Assembly (NCBI GenBank): GCA_038042445.1
Contig: JBBTED010000021.1
Coordinates: 68,085 to 132,084 of the forward strand
Length of the DNA: 64,000 nucleotides
Direction of reading: 5' to 3'
Origin: Candidatus Firestoneibacteriota bacterium
GTDB lineage: Bacteria > Oederibacteriota > D2-FULL-39-29 > JBBTED01
In this document: positions 19,491 through 30,032 of the stretch, in pieces
Layout: each line of letters opens with the position of its first letter
How positions within the stretch are numbered: position 1 is the first letter of the stretch
Position numbers and translations under genes: made by a program
The notes under the pieces: model-generated
Seen by the model: the letters and a program-made list of their open reading frames with translations, nothing else
Database searches by the model: none
Told to the model about the DNA's origin: nothing

Positions 19491-19596
19491 TTTTTATCAG
19501 AAACGGACAACATGTTTAACATCGTAGTTGCCGATTTATCGGCATTATTCAAAACAATGACCACAACGCCCATAAATGGGCAACTACATTGTCTAA

Positions 19597-20850
19597 TTAG
19601 GCAGTCTTTTCTTCGCGGTTTTTTTCAAATACTAAAACAGGTTCTTCTCTATTCGTAATAGTACGTTCAGTAATAACACACTCTTTAACATTAGTTAAAG
19701 ATGGCAATTCATACATTGCATTTAACATTACATCTTCAATTATAAAACGCAAACCTCTTGCTCCTGTTTTCCTTTTTAATGCCTCTTTAGCAACTACAGC
19801 TAATGCTTCATCAGTAATTTTAAGCTTAACGTTTTCCATAGCAAAAAACTTCTTATATTGTTTAATTAATGCATTTTTCGGTTCTACCAATATTTTAATT
19901 AAAGCTTTCTCATCTAAATTATGTAAACCTGCCATTATAGGAAGTCTGCCTACAAATTCCGGTATAAATCCAAAATTAAGTAAATCTTCAGGCTGAACAT
20001 TCATTAACATTTCTTTTTGATTTTTTTCTGACTTTGATTTGAGTTTTGCTGAAAATCCAAAACTTCCCTGACCTAATCTTTTTTCTACAATATTATCAAG
20101 ACCAACAAATGCACCACCACAAATAAACAAAATATTGGTTGTATTTACTTTTATATATTCCTGTTGTGGATGTTTTCGCCCACCTTGTGGAGGAACATTT
20201 GCTATTGTTCCTTCTAATATTTTTAGTAATGCCTGCTGCACTCCTTCTCCTGAAACATCCCGGGTAATTGAAGGATTTTCCGATTTTCTTGTAATCTTAT
20301 CTATTTCATCTATATAAATTATGCCACGCTGGGCATATTCAACATTATAATTTGCATTCTGAAGCAAACGCAAAATTATATTTTCCACATCTTCACCAAC
20401 ATATCCCGCTTCTGTAAGACTTGTAGCATCTACAATTGCAAATGGAACATTTAATAATTTTGCAAGTGTTTGTGCAAGCAAGGTCTTTCCTGTACCTGTA
20501 GGACCAATTAAAAGTATATTGCTTTTCTGTAGCTCAACATCTGATTTATTAGCATTTGCGAAAATTCTTTTATAATGATTATGAACAGCTACAGCTAATA
20601 TTTTTTTGGCATGTTCCTGATCAATACAATATTGATCAAGAAATTCTTTTATTTCTTTTGGCTTAGGTATATGTCCAAACTTGGAATGTTCTTCAGCTAT
20701 TAAATCTTCTGCCATTATTTCATTGCATAACAAAATACATTCATTGCAGACATACACTGAAGGGCCTGCTACAAGACGCTTCACTTCCATCTGGGTTTTG
20801 CCACAGAAAGAACATCTAATTAAACCTTTAACATTCGCTGAACTTACCAT
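19597..20850 (-). CDS. clpX: ATP-dependent Clp protease ATP-binding subunit ClpX
   Basis: N-terminal zinc-binding CSFCGK...CNEC, Walker [12 protein letters not shown]-like loop region; 417 aa. Confidence 0.95.
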   Translation of the reverse strand: MVSSANVKGLIRCSFCGKTQMEVKRLVAGPSVYVCNECILLCNEIMAEDLIAEEHSKFGHIPKPKEIKEFLDQYCIDQEHAKKILAVAVHNHYKRIFANANKSDVELQKSNILLIGPTGTGKTLLAQTLAKLLNVPFAIVDATSLTEAGYVGEDVENIILRLLQNANYNVEYAQRGIIYIDEIDKITRKSENPSITRDVSGEGVQQALLKILEGTIANVPPQGGRKHPQQEYIKVNTTNILFICGGAFVGLDNIVEKRLGQGSFGFSAKLKSKSEKNQKEMLMNVQPEDLLNFGFIPEFVGRLPIMAGLHNLDEKALIKILVEPKNALIKQYKKFFAMENVKLKITDEALAVVAKEALKRKTGARGLRFIIEDVMLNAMYELPSLTNVKECVITERTITNREEPVLVFEKNREEKTA

Positions 20851-20854
20851 AGGA

Positions 20855-21439
20855 TTATTTTCTTGTTACTATTACCTCATCCACTATTCCATACAATTTT
20901 GCTTCGTCAGCAGTCATAAAAAAATCCCTTTCAGTATTCTTTTGTATTATTTCAAGAGTCTGACCTGTATGTTTCACAAGAAGACCATTTAATTCTGATC
21001 TCATCCTGAGTATTTCTTTTGCCTGAATATCAATATCTGTTGCCTGTCCCTGAACTCCACCAAGAGGCTGATGAATCAATATACGAGAATGTGGCAGTGA
21101 AAAACGCCTGCCTTTACACCCAGCACATAGAAGTAACGCTCCCATACTTGCTGCCTGACCAATACATATTGTAGATATAGGAGATTTTATATATTGCATT
21201 GTATCATAAATTGCAAGACCTGCAGTAACAATACCACCAGGACTATTTATATACATAGATATTTCTTTTTCTGGCTCTTCACCTTCAAGAAATAAAAGCT
21301 GAGCAATAATTAAATCTGCGATTTGGTCATCAATTGCTGTTCCAATAAATACTATTCTTTCTTTTAATAAACGAGAAAAAATATCGTACGCTCTTTCACC
21401 ACGAGTAGTTTGTTCCACAACCATTGGTATAAGTGCCAT
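20855..21439 (-). CDS. clpP: ATP-dependent Clp protease proteolytic subunit ClpP
   Basis: 194 aa with ...[21 protein letters not shown]...[11 protein letters not shown]..., the ClpP catalytic Ser region. Confidence 0.95.
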   Translation of the reverse strand: MALIPMVVEQTTRGERAYDIFSRLLKERIVFIGTAIDDQIADLIIAQLLFLEGEEPEKEISMYINSPGGIVTAGLAIYDTMQYIKSPISTICIGQAASMGALLLCAGCKGRRFSLPHSRILIHQPLGGVQGQATDIDIQAKEILRMRSELNGLLVKHTGQTLEIIQKNTERDFFMTADEAKLYGIVDEVIVTRK

Positions 21440-21474
21440 TTTAAAACCCTCCCCTTTTTAAATTTTTTTGAAAA

Positions 21475-22833
21475 CTATTTTGATGCTAACTCTTTTTGAA
21501 GTTCTGAAATTGTATTAATTTTTACACTTGAAAATAAAAGCTCTCTTACCTTTTCAATCAGCAAATCTTCTTTTACAGTTTCTCTTCCTCTGGAAGAATG
21601 CAAATATCCTGATGCATTATCTAAACGTTCTTTATTTCTTGAAAAATGCGTTAGAATATTTTCAATTTCCTTATTTATTTCATCTTCGGCAACTGTGATA
21701 TTTTCAATTTTTGCAATTTCAAATAATATAAAACTTCCACGAACTCTTTTTTCTGCCATTACCTTCCATTTTTCTTTTAATTCCTCTTCAGTAGTTTTTA
21801 AAGTTTCAAATGTAAACTTTTCTCTTTCCATTCTTTCTTTCAAATTTGAAATCATATTCTCAAGTTCCTGCAAAACAAAAGGTTCTGGAATTTCAAATAC
21901 ATTTTCATCTATAAGAACATCCAATATTTTATTCTTTGCTTCTTGCTTAAATTTTGTCTCTTTCTCTCCAAGAATATCTTTTTCTATTTTTTTGGTAAGC
22001 TCCTCTATGCTTTTATAATCGCCTAAATCCTTAGCAAATTCATCATCTAAATTAGGCAATTTCTTTTCCCGTATCGATTTAATTTTAACCTTAAAAGTAC
22101 ACTGTTTTCCAGCTAACTCTTTATTTGCAAAATCCTCAGGAAATTTAGTAGAAACTTCACGTTCTTCATTTATTTTAGCGCCAATTAAACCTTCTTCAAA
22201 ATCCGGCATAAATTTTCCAGTGCCGGTTTCAAGAAAATAATCTTTCGCCTGAAGATCTTTTAACTGTTTACCATCTATATAACCCGTAAAATCAATCACC
22301 ACACAATCATTTAGTTTTAATTCCCTATCTTCAACTGGAACAAATTCAGCACCCTGTTGCTGTAAATATTTCAAAACATTATCTATTTCTTTAGAATCAA
22401 TTTCTGCTTTTGGCATATCTATATTTATTTCTTTATATTTTTTTATCTTAAACTCTGACAAAACATATACAGTCACTGTAAAAAACAATGATTTGCCTTC
22501 TTCATATTTTAAATCGGCAATACTTGGAACCACTATAGGTGTATATTTTAACTTTTCCAATGCTTCACCACAAATTTCAGGAATAACTTTATCTAACATT
22601 TCTTGTCTTGCTGTTTCCTTAAAATGAGTCACAACCATTTCTTTAGGAACTTTTCCAGGCCTAAAACCCGGCAAAGATGCAACAGTCTGCAATTTATCAA
22701 AAGTATTTTTAAGTTCCTTCTCTACCTCTTCAGCAGGCATTTCAACTGTAAAAACCTTTTTCGTTGGCTTGTCTTCTACTACATTAGTTTTAAATTTTTC
22801 CATATATATGGTTTCACCATTCCCTTCGGTCAA
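21475..22833 (-). CDS. tig: Trigger factor (ribosome-associated chaperone)
   Basis: Position upstream of clpP-clpX. PPIase-like central domain and length about 440 aa. Probable true start is MEKFKTN (22803). Stop codon is TAG. Confidence 0.85.
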   Translation of the reverse strand: MTEGNGETIYMEKFKTNVVEDKPTKKVFTVEMPAEEVEKELKNTFDKLQTVASLPGFRPGKVPKEMVVTHFKETARQEMLDKVIPEICGEALEKLKYTPIVVPSIADLKYEEGKSLFFTVTVYVLSEFKIKKYKEINIDMPKAEIDSKEIDNVLKYLQQQGAEFVPVEDRELKLNDCVVIDFTGYIDGKQLKDLQAKDYFLETGTGKFMPDFEEGLIGAKINEEREVSTKFPEDFANKELAGKQCTFKVKIKSIREKKLPNLDDEFAKDLGDYKSIEELTKKIEKDILGEKETKFKQEAKNKILDVLIDENVFEIPEPFVLQELENMISNLKERMEREKFTFETLKTTEEELKEKWKVMAEKRVRGSFILFEIAKIENITVAEDEINKEIENILTHFSRNKERLDNASGYLHSSRGRETVKEDLLIEKVRELLFSSVKINTISELQKELASK

Positions 22834-22890
22834 TTTTTAAAACATCACTATACCTGCAATAAATACCGTTGTCAACAGAAATCCCTTTGG

Positions 22891-24414
22891 TTATTGTAAT
22901 TGTTTGAATTCACTATTTTGAAAAGTCAAGATAGTAATTTGTCTTTGCAACTCACCATTTCCAGTATATGACGTAATTCCTGTAATGCCACCAAAATCTT
23001 TAATATTACAAATTGCATTTCTAATTAGCTCTTTTTCTCTATTTCCTTCAGCAAAACATTTAATAAATATTCCTGCTGTATCATAGCCATAAGCTGAAAG
23101 TGAATCTGGTTCGTATGCATATTTTTTTATAAACATTTTAACAAATTTTTTTACATTTTCAGATTCACTATTTTCAAAAAAACTCAAGCTGAAAGTTGAC
23201 CTTTCTAAAATATCCGATATCTGTTTCAGAGCAATTTTATCATACCACCTGCTACATCCAAGAAAAATTAGTTTCATATCAAAAAATACAAGTTGTGGCA
23301 AAATCAAAATTACATCTTCCGCTTTTGCAGGTATATAAATTGCCTCTACAGATTTTTCATTAACTACTTGTTTTGGCTTACGCTCAAAAAGTTTGAATTT
23401 TAAATCCTTCGTTTTGCCAGAACTAACATTTATAACAGAAATTTTTAATGAAAAATTCATACTTATGGGGACATCATTCCCTTTAGTCGTTTGCGTATCT
23501 TCAAAAACTTCACCAGAAATTATAAATTCTGAATTTTTATTATTATCTTCGACTAAATCAATAGTTTTTTCTCTACCAAGCATATATCTGAATTTTGAAA
23601 AAATATTGCGGTGTAAATCTCCTATATCATCTCCTGTTCCAACAAAATTAGCTAATAGCACTTGAATAGGTTTATCTTTAATATCTAAAATTGACAGTAT
23701 ATTTTTAGTAGCTTCTTCAACTTTTCCTTGTATGATATTACGCTCTTTATCAGCTTCAGACTTCATAATTTTAGGATCAATTCCACCTATTACAAGTATT
23801 TGCTCTCTAAAATCAGTAGTTCCCTGCTCATAAGTTTCTACCTGTGAATACTCTATATCCAAATTTATAGTTTCATTTATAAATGCCTGAGTAAGTCTTT
23901 TGCCTAAAAAATCATCAGGTGAAATAACTGCAACTTTTTTTACTCCCAATGTTTTAACTGCATAATCAGCTATCAGTTTCCCTTCACACTCTGGAGTCAG
24001 AGAGTTTCTAAACACATAAGCTCTATTATTTGTAAATTCTGCTAATTGAACTGTAGGAGAAATAGCTGAAATCTTTGCATTTTCAATTATTTCAGCAGCT
24101 TCAAGTGAATAAGAATTTAGAATAGGACCAATTATACCTATCACAGACTTTTCTAAAATTATTTCATTTAGCGCTTGTTTAATAGACTCTTTATCATCCT
24201 TAGTATCTTTAACAAGTAATCCTATTTTTTCCACATCAGGTAATAAATTATATTCTTCCAATGCAAGCTGAACACCTCTTAATACTCTACTACCACTTTC
24301 TCCAAAATCACCACTTAATGGCCCTATATATGCCAAATTATAATCTTGAGCAAACATTGAATCTCCAATAAAAACTATACTTAAAAATACTACTATCTTA
24401 ATTTTCTCAAACAT
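22891..24414 (-). CDS. Periplasmic substrate-binding protein (type 1 PBP, Liv-like) with an extra C-terminal domain
   Basis: Signal peptide from MFEKIKIVVFLSIVF. AYIGPLSGDFGESG...IIGPILNSYSLEAA...KKVAVISPDD is typical of branched-chain amino-acid/LpoA-like binding proteins. The track ORF begins at 24486. Confidence 0.6.
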   Translation of the reverse strand: MFEKIKIVVFLSIVFIGDSMFAQDYNLAYIGPLSGDFGESGSRVLRGVQLALEEYNLLPDVEKIGLLVKDTKDDKESIKQALNEIILEKSVIGIIGPILNSYSLEAAEIIENAKISAISPTVQLAEFTNNRAYVFRNSLTPECEGKLIADYAVKTLGVKKVAVISPDDFLGKRLTQAFINETINLDIEYSQVETYEQGTTDFREQILVIGGIDPKIMKSEADKERNIIQGKVEEATKNILSILDIKDKPIQVLLANFVGTGDDIGDLHRNIFSKFRYMLGREKTIDLVEDNNKNSEFIISGEVFEDTQTTKGNDVPISMNFSLKISVINVSSGKTKDLKFKLFERKPKQVVNEKSVEAIYIPAKAEDVILILPQLVFFDMKLIFLGCSRWYDKIALKQISDILERSTFSLSFFENSESENVKKFVKMFIKKYAYEPDSLSAYGYDTAGIFIKCFAEGNREKELIRNAICNIKDFGGITGITSYTGNGELQRQITILTFQNSEFKQLQ

Positions 24415-24473
24415 ATTTAAGTTAGTTAAAACGCCGATAAATCGGCAACTACATAATTCGTTTTGCGTTTTAT

Positions 24474-26654
24474 TCATACATGCCACATTATTGCTTCATA
24501 TTCAACAGTTGGAACTAATACATCTATTACACCTTTCAACGGCCACCGTTCAATTTCATCATCACCTTTTTTAATACTCAACAAAATTCTGATTTTATCT
24601 TCAGGTTTCACAAGAAGAGCAGCAAATGGAATTTTTATTTCAATTATTTTCTTTATTGCACAATGAATAGAAGAATTTTCTATATCCTGCCAGACATCAT
24701 TAACCAATCTAAAAAAACAAAACTGACAGGATTGTTCTTTTTCTGATGGAATTTTTAATCTCAATTTTTGCACAACAGGTTCAACAAAATTAATTTCAAA
24801 AACAAAATCCTGCATAAATTTATCAGATAATTTTAAATTAGTATCTATCCGTAAAAACAACATATCCAAATTAAATCCATAATAAATTCCTTTGGTAATG
24901 GTCTCTGCCCTGTGCATTGTACCACCAATTTTACTAACATCATAGAATCCTGCTGAAGACCACTCATAAAAATTAGAAATTCCACCATCAATTATTGGAT
25001 TTATCAACCCCGCTGGCATTAAAGTTGGAGATATTACTTTTTCTTCAAGTATTGGAACAAATAACTGTGCTGGTATATCCAAATCTAAAAACTCATAAAC
25101 ATTCATAAGATGTTTTCTGTATAAGCTGTCAAACTCCTCATCATTTGCAGAACTATGATCATCGCCAAACCACCAACACCAATCACTTCCTTCTGCAATA
25201 TAAATTTCCTCCCATGCAAGTTTCGACTTTTCATTTTTTTGAGTTTTCTCATATTCAACTAAAGCATCTCTTGTTTCTTTCAAATACCTCCATGCCTGCT
25301 GATCTTCATGATGCCCAATCCAAATATGAAAATTACTATTTATCCATGAACCTGGGAATAATTGAGTTAAAGTATCACGATACGGCACTGCATTTAAAAA
25401 TTCACTTACTGTTACAAGTTTAAATTCCGGATTATTATTTAATTTAGAATATAATGACATAAGAAAATCCCTGCCATCATTTTTATAATATTCCCACGCG
25501 TTTTCACCATCTAAAGCAATACAAACTAAATGTTCATTTTGCTCGCCTGCAACATTATTTCTAATTTCACGAAGTTTAGAAATAAAATGTTCTGATGCCA
25601 CATTTGGGTCCCATTTTGAATACACAAAACCTATTGCATCTGAAAGATTATGGTCACGAAAAATAATGTCTAATTTATTTCCATCTTTTACTATACGATA
25701 TGGCTTATATAAAGGATATCCCTGTAATTTAGATTGCGAAATAGATCTAAACAATATTTCTTCATCTGTTGCAATCCATTTTATCCCTGCTTTTGCAAGA
25801 ATAGGAACAATGCTATCACTTACACTTCCCTCTGAAGGCCACATTCCTTTTGGTTCAATTCCAAAATGCTCTTTATGAAAAGAAATTGCTTTTTTTACTT
25901 GCGATTGTGCATCCTCAGGATGTGAAAATTTTAAGTCATCAATATTTAAATTTGGCTGTGAAACCTTAGCAATATTTGTATCACACAAAAGCGGAAGTAT
26001 CGGGTGATAAAATGGAGAAGTAGTTAATTCTATTTGTCCTATATCAGATAATTTTTTATATTCCAAAACTATTTTAGATAAAACTTCCCTTTGTTTTTGT
26101 ATTACAATTTCTTTATCTTTTTCCTTGTAATTTTTTCCTTTTGTTGCCAATTCCTTAAGAGCAGAATCTGTATTTAAAAAAACTGGGTCAAACCATGCTA
26201 AATTAAACCAAACCTGCAAATCTAAAAAATCCTGAGTTGTAAAATTTTTATGTTCTCTTGCAAGTTCTTTTTCTGAAAAATAATATCCCCGTTTTTCCAA
26301 TAAATCTGCATAACGTGGATGAATTTTTATCATAGTATCCCAATTTACCATAAAGAAATTTTTTAAAATAAATATTTTTTCTTCATTTGCTAAATCTTTA
26401 GCAGGTTTAATTGTTAAATCAAGAAAAATATCTGTGGCGGTATTATTTACATAATCTTCAATCTGCGAAATCAAAGATGGAACTAAATTAAAAGTTTGAT
26501 GAATATTGGGAAATTCTTCAAGAATTGCCACCATATCATAATAATCTTTTATTCCATGAAGTCTAACCCATGGCATTAGTAATTTGTTGCTTAATAAATC
26601 TTTATAATATGGCTGATGCATATGCCATAAAAATGCAACATATAAAGGTTTCAT
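24474..26654 (-). CDS. Glycoside hydrolase family 57 protein (alpha-glucan acting; amylopullulanase or branching-enzyme-like)
   Basis: N-terminal AFLWHMHQPYY and the downstream catalytic region are typical of GH57; 726 aa. Confidence 0.75.
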   Translation of the reverse strand: MKPLYVAFLWHMHQPYYKDLLSNKLLMPWVRLHGIKDYYDMVAILEEFPNIHQTFNLVPSLISQIEDYVNNTATDIFLDLTIKPAKDLANEEKIFILKNFFMVNWDTMIKIHPRYADLLEKRGYYFSEKELAREHKNFTTQDFLDLQVWFNLAWFDPVFLNTDSALKELATKGKNYKEKDKEIVIQKQREVLSKIVLEYKKLSDIGQIELTTSPFYHPILPLLCDTNIAKVSQPNLNIDDLKFSHPEDAQSQVKKAISFHKEHFGIEPKGMWPSEGSVSDSIVPILAKAGIKWIATDEEILFRSISQSKLQGYPLYKPYRIVKDGNKLDIIFRDHNLSDAIGFVYSKWDPNVASEHFISKLREIRNNVAGEQNEHLVCIALDGENAWEYYKNDGRDFLMSLYSKLNNNPEFKLVTVSEFLNAVPYRDTLTQLFPGSWINSNFHIWIGHHEDQQAWRYLKETRDALVEYEKTQKNEKSKLAWEEIYIAEGSDWCWWFGDDHSSANDEEFDSLYRKHLMNVYEFLDLDIPAQLFVPILEEKVISPTLMPAGLINPIIDGGISNFYEWSSAGFYDVSKIGGTMHRAETITKGIYYGFNLDMLFLRIDTNLKLSDKFMQDFVFEINFVEPVVQKLRLKIPSEKEQSCQFCFFRLVNDVWQDIENSSIHCAIKKIIEIKIPFAALLVKPEDKIRILLSIKKGDDEIERWPLKGVIDVLVPTVEYEAIMWHV

Positions 26655-27310
26655 TTTGGAAGTTTAACTTGTGCCTTTGTTGCCCATAGAGATTTGGGAT
26701 ATCTCTGTGCTATTTCACGATAAGTATCAATTGCCTCATTTTGTTTTCCTGATTTTTCAAAACAACGGGCAATATTTATTGATATTTCTCCATTTCTATA
26801 CTCCATATTTTTTATTTTGGATGCTTTACGATAAAAATCTATTGCAGAATCCATGTTTCCTTTTTCTTCTTCTACAAAACCAATACCTTCCAATACATAC
26901 GATTTAGTTAATCTATCAGGAGATTTTGTTAAAGATTTATTGTAACATTCCAAAGCTTTATCATATCTACCTGCCACATAGTAACAATTTCCTGCACGAT
27001 ATAATGCTAAAGCGTTATATTTACTTGATGGATAAGTTTCCACTAGCTTTTCATACTGTAATACTGCATCCTGAATATTGCCTGCAAGGTAATTTTGATC
27101 TGCTTGTGCAAAAACAATAAGTGATTTTTTGTTTGTATTTACTTTATTAATTAGATAAAAACCCAAACAAATAACAACTATTCCTAAAGTTATACCAACT
27201 TTTACAAGTTTGTCTTTGTTTTCTTTAAAAAATCCTTTTGAAAATTGATATACATCAGAAATAACAGCAAAAAGTCCATCCTTTTTTAAAATACTTTTTT
27301 CCATATTCAC
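26651..27310 (-). CDS. TPR repeat protein with N-terminal membrane anchor
   Basis: TM segment then TPR motifs (ALYRAGNCYYVAGRYDKALECYNKSL). Confidence 0.6.
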   Translation of the reverse strand: MNMEKSILKKDGLFAVISDVYQFSKGFFKENKDKLVKVGITLGIVVICLGFYLINKVNTNKKSLIVFAQADQNYLAGNIQDAVLQYEKLVETYPSSKYNALALYRAGNCYYVAGRYDKALECYNKSLTKSPDRLTKSYVLEGIGFVEEEKGNMDSAIDFYRKASKIKNMEYRNGEISINIARCFEKSGKQNEAIDTYREIAQRYPKSLWATKAQVKLPK

Positions 27311-27960
27311 TCCAATCTTTTAATTAACTTCTGCATATTAGAAAATATTTTTTTAATTTCATTTTTTGACAATCCAGCACCGATAAATATATTATGCAAA
27401 CTTAATTTTGTTACTAAATTAGAAGGCGAATGGGTATCAGAACCAAAAGACAGATTTGCTCCAATTTTTTTTGCCAATTTCGCAACATGCCCATTTGTAA
27501 GTGAATGTCCGGCTTTACCGGATATCTCCAAAAAGATATTTTTCTTTTTCGCCAATTTTACTTCTTCTTCTGTTATTAAACCTGGATGCGCCAATATATT
27601 TATATCAGATTGCAACGCACAAATATTCGTTCCTTTGGCAACTGGTTCAACAATAGTTTCACCATGAACAAGTATAATTTTCGCACCTAAATTTCTTATT
27701 TCTTTTGCTAATTTCTGTATTGCTTGTGGTGGAACATGAGTTATTTCAGCACCCGGAATTAATTTCATTCCAAAATATTTTTGGTAATTACTGCAAAATT
27801 TTATTATTGCCGGAACTACTATACTAAAATTAGACACATCCACATGGTCAGTAATCCCAAGAACTTTATACCCCAAAATATCAGCTCTTCGTGCTAACTC
27901 AGAAGGCAACAAAGCACCATCACTAAAAACCGTATGTGAATGAAAATCAATTATCTCCAT
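27307..27960 (-). CDS. PHP-domain (histidinol phosphatase family) metal-dependent phosphoesterase
   Basis: MEIIDFHSHTVFSDGALLP...GITDHVD, PHP motifs I-III; 217 aa. Confidence 0.75.
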   Translation of the reverse strand: MEIIDFHSHTVFSDGALLPSELARRADILGYKVLGITDHVDVSNFSIVVPAIIKFCSNYQKYFGMKLIPGAEITHVPPQAIQKLAKEIRNLGAKIILVHGETIVEPVAKGTNICALQSDINILAHPGLITEEEVKLAKKKNIFLEISGKAGHSLTNGHVAKLAKKIGANLSFGSDTHSPSNLVTKLSLHNIFIGAGLSKNEIKKIFSNMQKLIKRLE

Positions 27961-28047
27961 AAATATCTCCTTCTTCTACTATATCATAAGTGCTACAGAC
28001 TATCCACTATTATTGACAGACGAAACGTCCGTCCTACGATTTATAAA

Positions 28048-28124
28048 TGGTGCGCCTGAGAGGAGTTGAACCTCCGGCACGCGGTTTAGGAAACCGCTGC
28101 TCTATCCAACTGAGCTACAGGCGC
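28048..28124 (-). tRNA. tRNA-Arg(CCT): tRNA-Arg (anticodon CCT)
   Basis: Minus-strand sequence GCGCCTGTAGCTCAGTTGGATAGAGCAGCGGTTTCCTAAACCGCGTGCCGGAGGTTCAACTCCTCTCAGGCGCACCA. It folds as a cloverleaf with anticodon loop TTCCTAA and the CCA end is encoded. Confidence 0.9.
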
Positions 28125-28271
28125 AAAAAATCATTACCTTTCTACAAGTATAAACGCATTTGTTTGCCTATAGTATAAAATACAATGATTTTCCTGTAAA
28201 GAAGAAAAATTTTATTAATTACCTTGTAAATTGATAAACAGAATAAATCGCTTGAATAGAATTATTAAATT

Positions 28272-29330
28272 TTATCTTTTTATTAGATGAATTGCTGTGG
28301 CTTTAAAAGAAATAAAAACTTCATCTTTTTCCTTTAATTTCAGGCTTTTCATAGATTGCTTGGTTATAAAGGCAAGTAGGTCAAATCCACAATCAAGTCT
28401 TACTTTATATTCCAAACCCCACGATTCAATATGAATTATTATTGCTTTAAAAACATTTCTGGCACTTGTTTTTTCTTTGTGTTTTGAAACAACTACATCC
28501 TGTGGTCGTATAAGAACAATTACTTCTTCATTAACATTTAATTCAGATATTACCTGTATTACTTTGCTTTTCACACGCACACTACAAAGATTATCTTCTT
28601 TCTTAAAAATTATACCTTCGGCAACTGTTTCAATACCTATAAAATCAGCTGCTTCCTTTGAACTCGGAGATGTAAACACCTGTTCTGGTGTACCAATTTC
28701 AAGGATTTTGCCTTCTTTCATCACAGCAATCCTATCAGACAAGCATAATGCCTCATTTTGATCCTGACTTACAAATAAAGCGGTAATTCCTCTATTCTTA
28801 ATAATTTTACGAATCTCAGTCATTAGCTGTTCTTTGTAAAGCCGTTCTAAACTTAAGAACGGTTCATCCAAAAAAACTAATTCAGGCTCACTTACAAAAG
28901 CCCTAGCTAATGAAACCCTATGCATCTGCCCTTGAGAAAGTTTCAAAGCATTATTATGTTTCAAATCCTCTATCTTAAATAACTTTAACATTTCATTTAC
29001 CTTTGATTCGCTATTCTTTCCACGCAAACGTAAAGGCATAGCTACATTATTTTCCACTGTATTATTAAACAAATAAGGTCTTGAAAAAACATAAGAAATC
29101 CTGCGTCTGTAAGATAAAACATCATTTTGTTTAAGAATATCCTTGCCAAAAATAATGACCCTTCCAGTTTCCGGGTTTTCAAACAAACTTAAAATATTTA
29201 AAAGAGTTGTTTTGCCTGCACCATTTGGACCAATTACTGAAAATATTTCCTTGTCCTGTATATGCAAAGATTTTATATCCAAGCAAAAACTTTTGCTAAG
29301 ATTTAATGTAAGATTATTTATTTCAATCAT
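28272..29330 (-). CDS. ABC transporter ATP-binding protein with C-terminal TOBE domain (molybdate/tungstate type)
   Basis: Walker A GPNGAGKTT, LSQGQ signature, Walker B LDEPF. The C-terminal ~120 aa resemble a TOBE Mo/W-binding domain. Operon with a permease, a binding protein and a ModE-like regulator. Confidence 0.75.
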   Translation of the reverse strand: MIEINNLTLNLSKSFCLDIKSLHIQDKEIFSVIGPNGAGKTTLLNILSLFENPETGRVIIFGKDILKQNDVLSYRRRISYVFSRPYLFNNTVENNVAMPLRLRGKNSESKVNEMLKLFKIEDLKHNNALKLSQGQMHRVSLARAFVSEPELVFLDEPFLSLERLYKEQLMTEIRKIIKNRGITALFVSQDQNEALCLSDRIAVMKEGKILEIGTPEQVFTSPSSKEAADFIGIETVAEGIIFKKEDNLCSVRVKSKVIQVISELNVNEEVIVLIRPQDVVVSKHKEKTSARNVFKAIIIHIESWGLEYKVRLDCGFDLLAFITKQSMKSLKLKEKDEVFISFKATAIHLIKR

Positions 29331-30028
29331 TAGTCTCTTCTGTTTTTTTGTTGAATATATGTAAGTGTTAAATTTACAATAAAACTCATAACCAATAAGA
29401 TTAAACCAATAGCTATGGCAAAATCAAAATTCCCCTTATTTGTTTCAAGCACTATTGCAGTAGTTAATACCCTTGTTTGACTCTTAATATTTCCACCAAC
29501 CATCATTACAGCCCCAACTTCAGAAATTATACTACCAAACCCAGCTATAATTGCAGCTAAAACAGACAAACGAATCTCTTTAAGTAGTATAATAATAGAT
29601 TGTGAAGTATTTGCGCCTAAAGCTATAATTTGCAGATACATTTTCTTGTCAACACTTTGAAAAGCAGCAACTGTTAATCCTATAATAATGGGTAATGCAA
29701 TTATTACTTGCGCTAAAATCATACCTTTTACTGTATATAACCACTGCAAGAAACCAAAAGGACCGTTTCTAAACAAAAACAGACTTATAACAAGACCAAT
29801 AACTACAGGCGGTAATCCCATTCCAGTATTAATCAATGAAATTAGTATCTTTTTTAGAGGGAATTTTTTAATTGCAATAATGGCTCCTGATGGCACACCT
29901 ATCAAAACAGCAATAGCAGTTGCAGAAATAGAAACAAGTAAAGATACTCTAAGAATATCCAGAATATCTCTATCCAGAGAAAATATTAATTCAATAGCTT
30001 TTTTAATACCATCGAATATAAAATCCAC
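29330..30028 (-). CDS. ABC transporter permease (ModB/TupB-like)
   Basis: 232 aa, about six TM segments. EAA-like loop (ALGANTSQSIIILLKEIRLS). Overlaps the ATPase gene start. Confidence 0.7.
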   Translation of the reverse strand: MDFIFDGIKKAIELIFSLDRDILDILRVSLLVSISATAIAVLIGVPSGAIIAIKKFPLKKILISLINTGMGLPPVVIGLVISLFLFRNGPFGFLQWLYTVKGMILAQVIIALPIIIGLTVAAFQSVDKKMYLQIIALGANTSQSIIILLKEIRLSVLAAIIAGFGSIISEVGAVMMVGGNIKSQTRVLTTAIVLETNKGNFDFAIAIGLILLVMSFIVNLTLTYIQQKNRRD

Positions 30029-30032
30029 TTAT

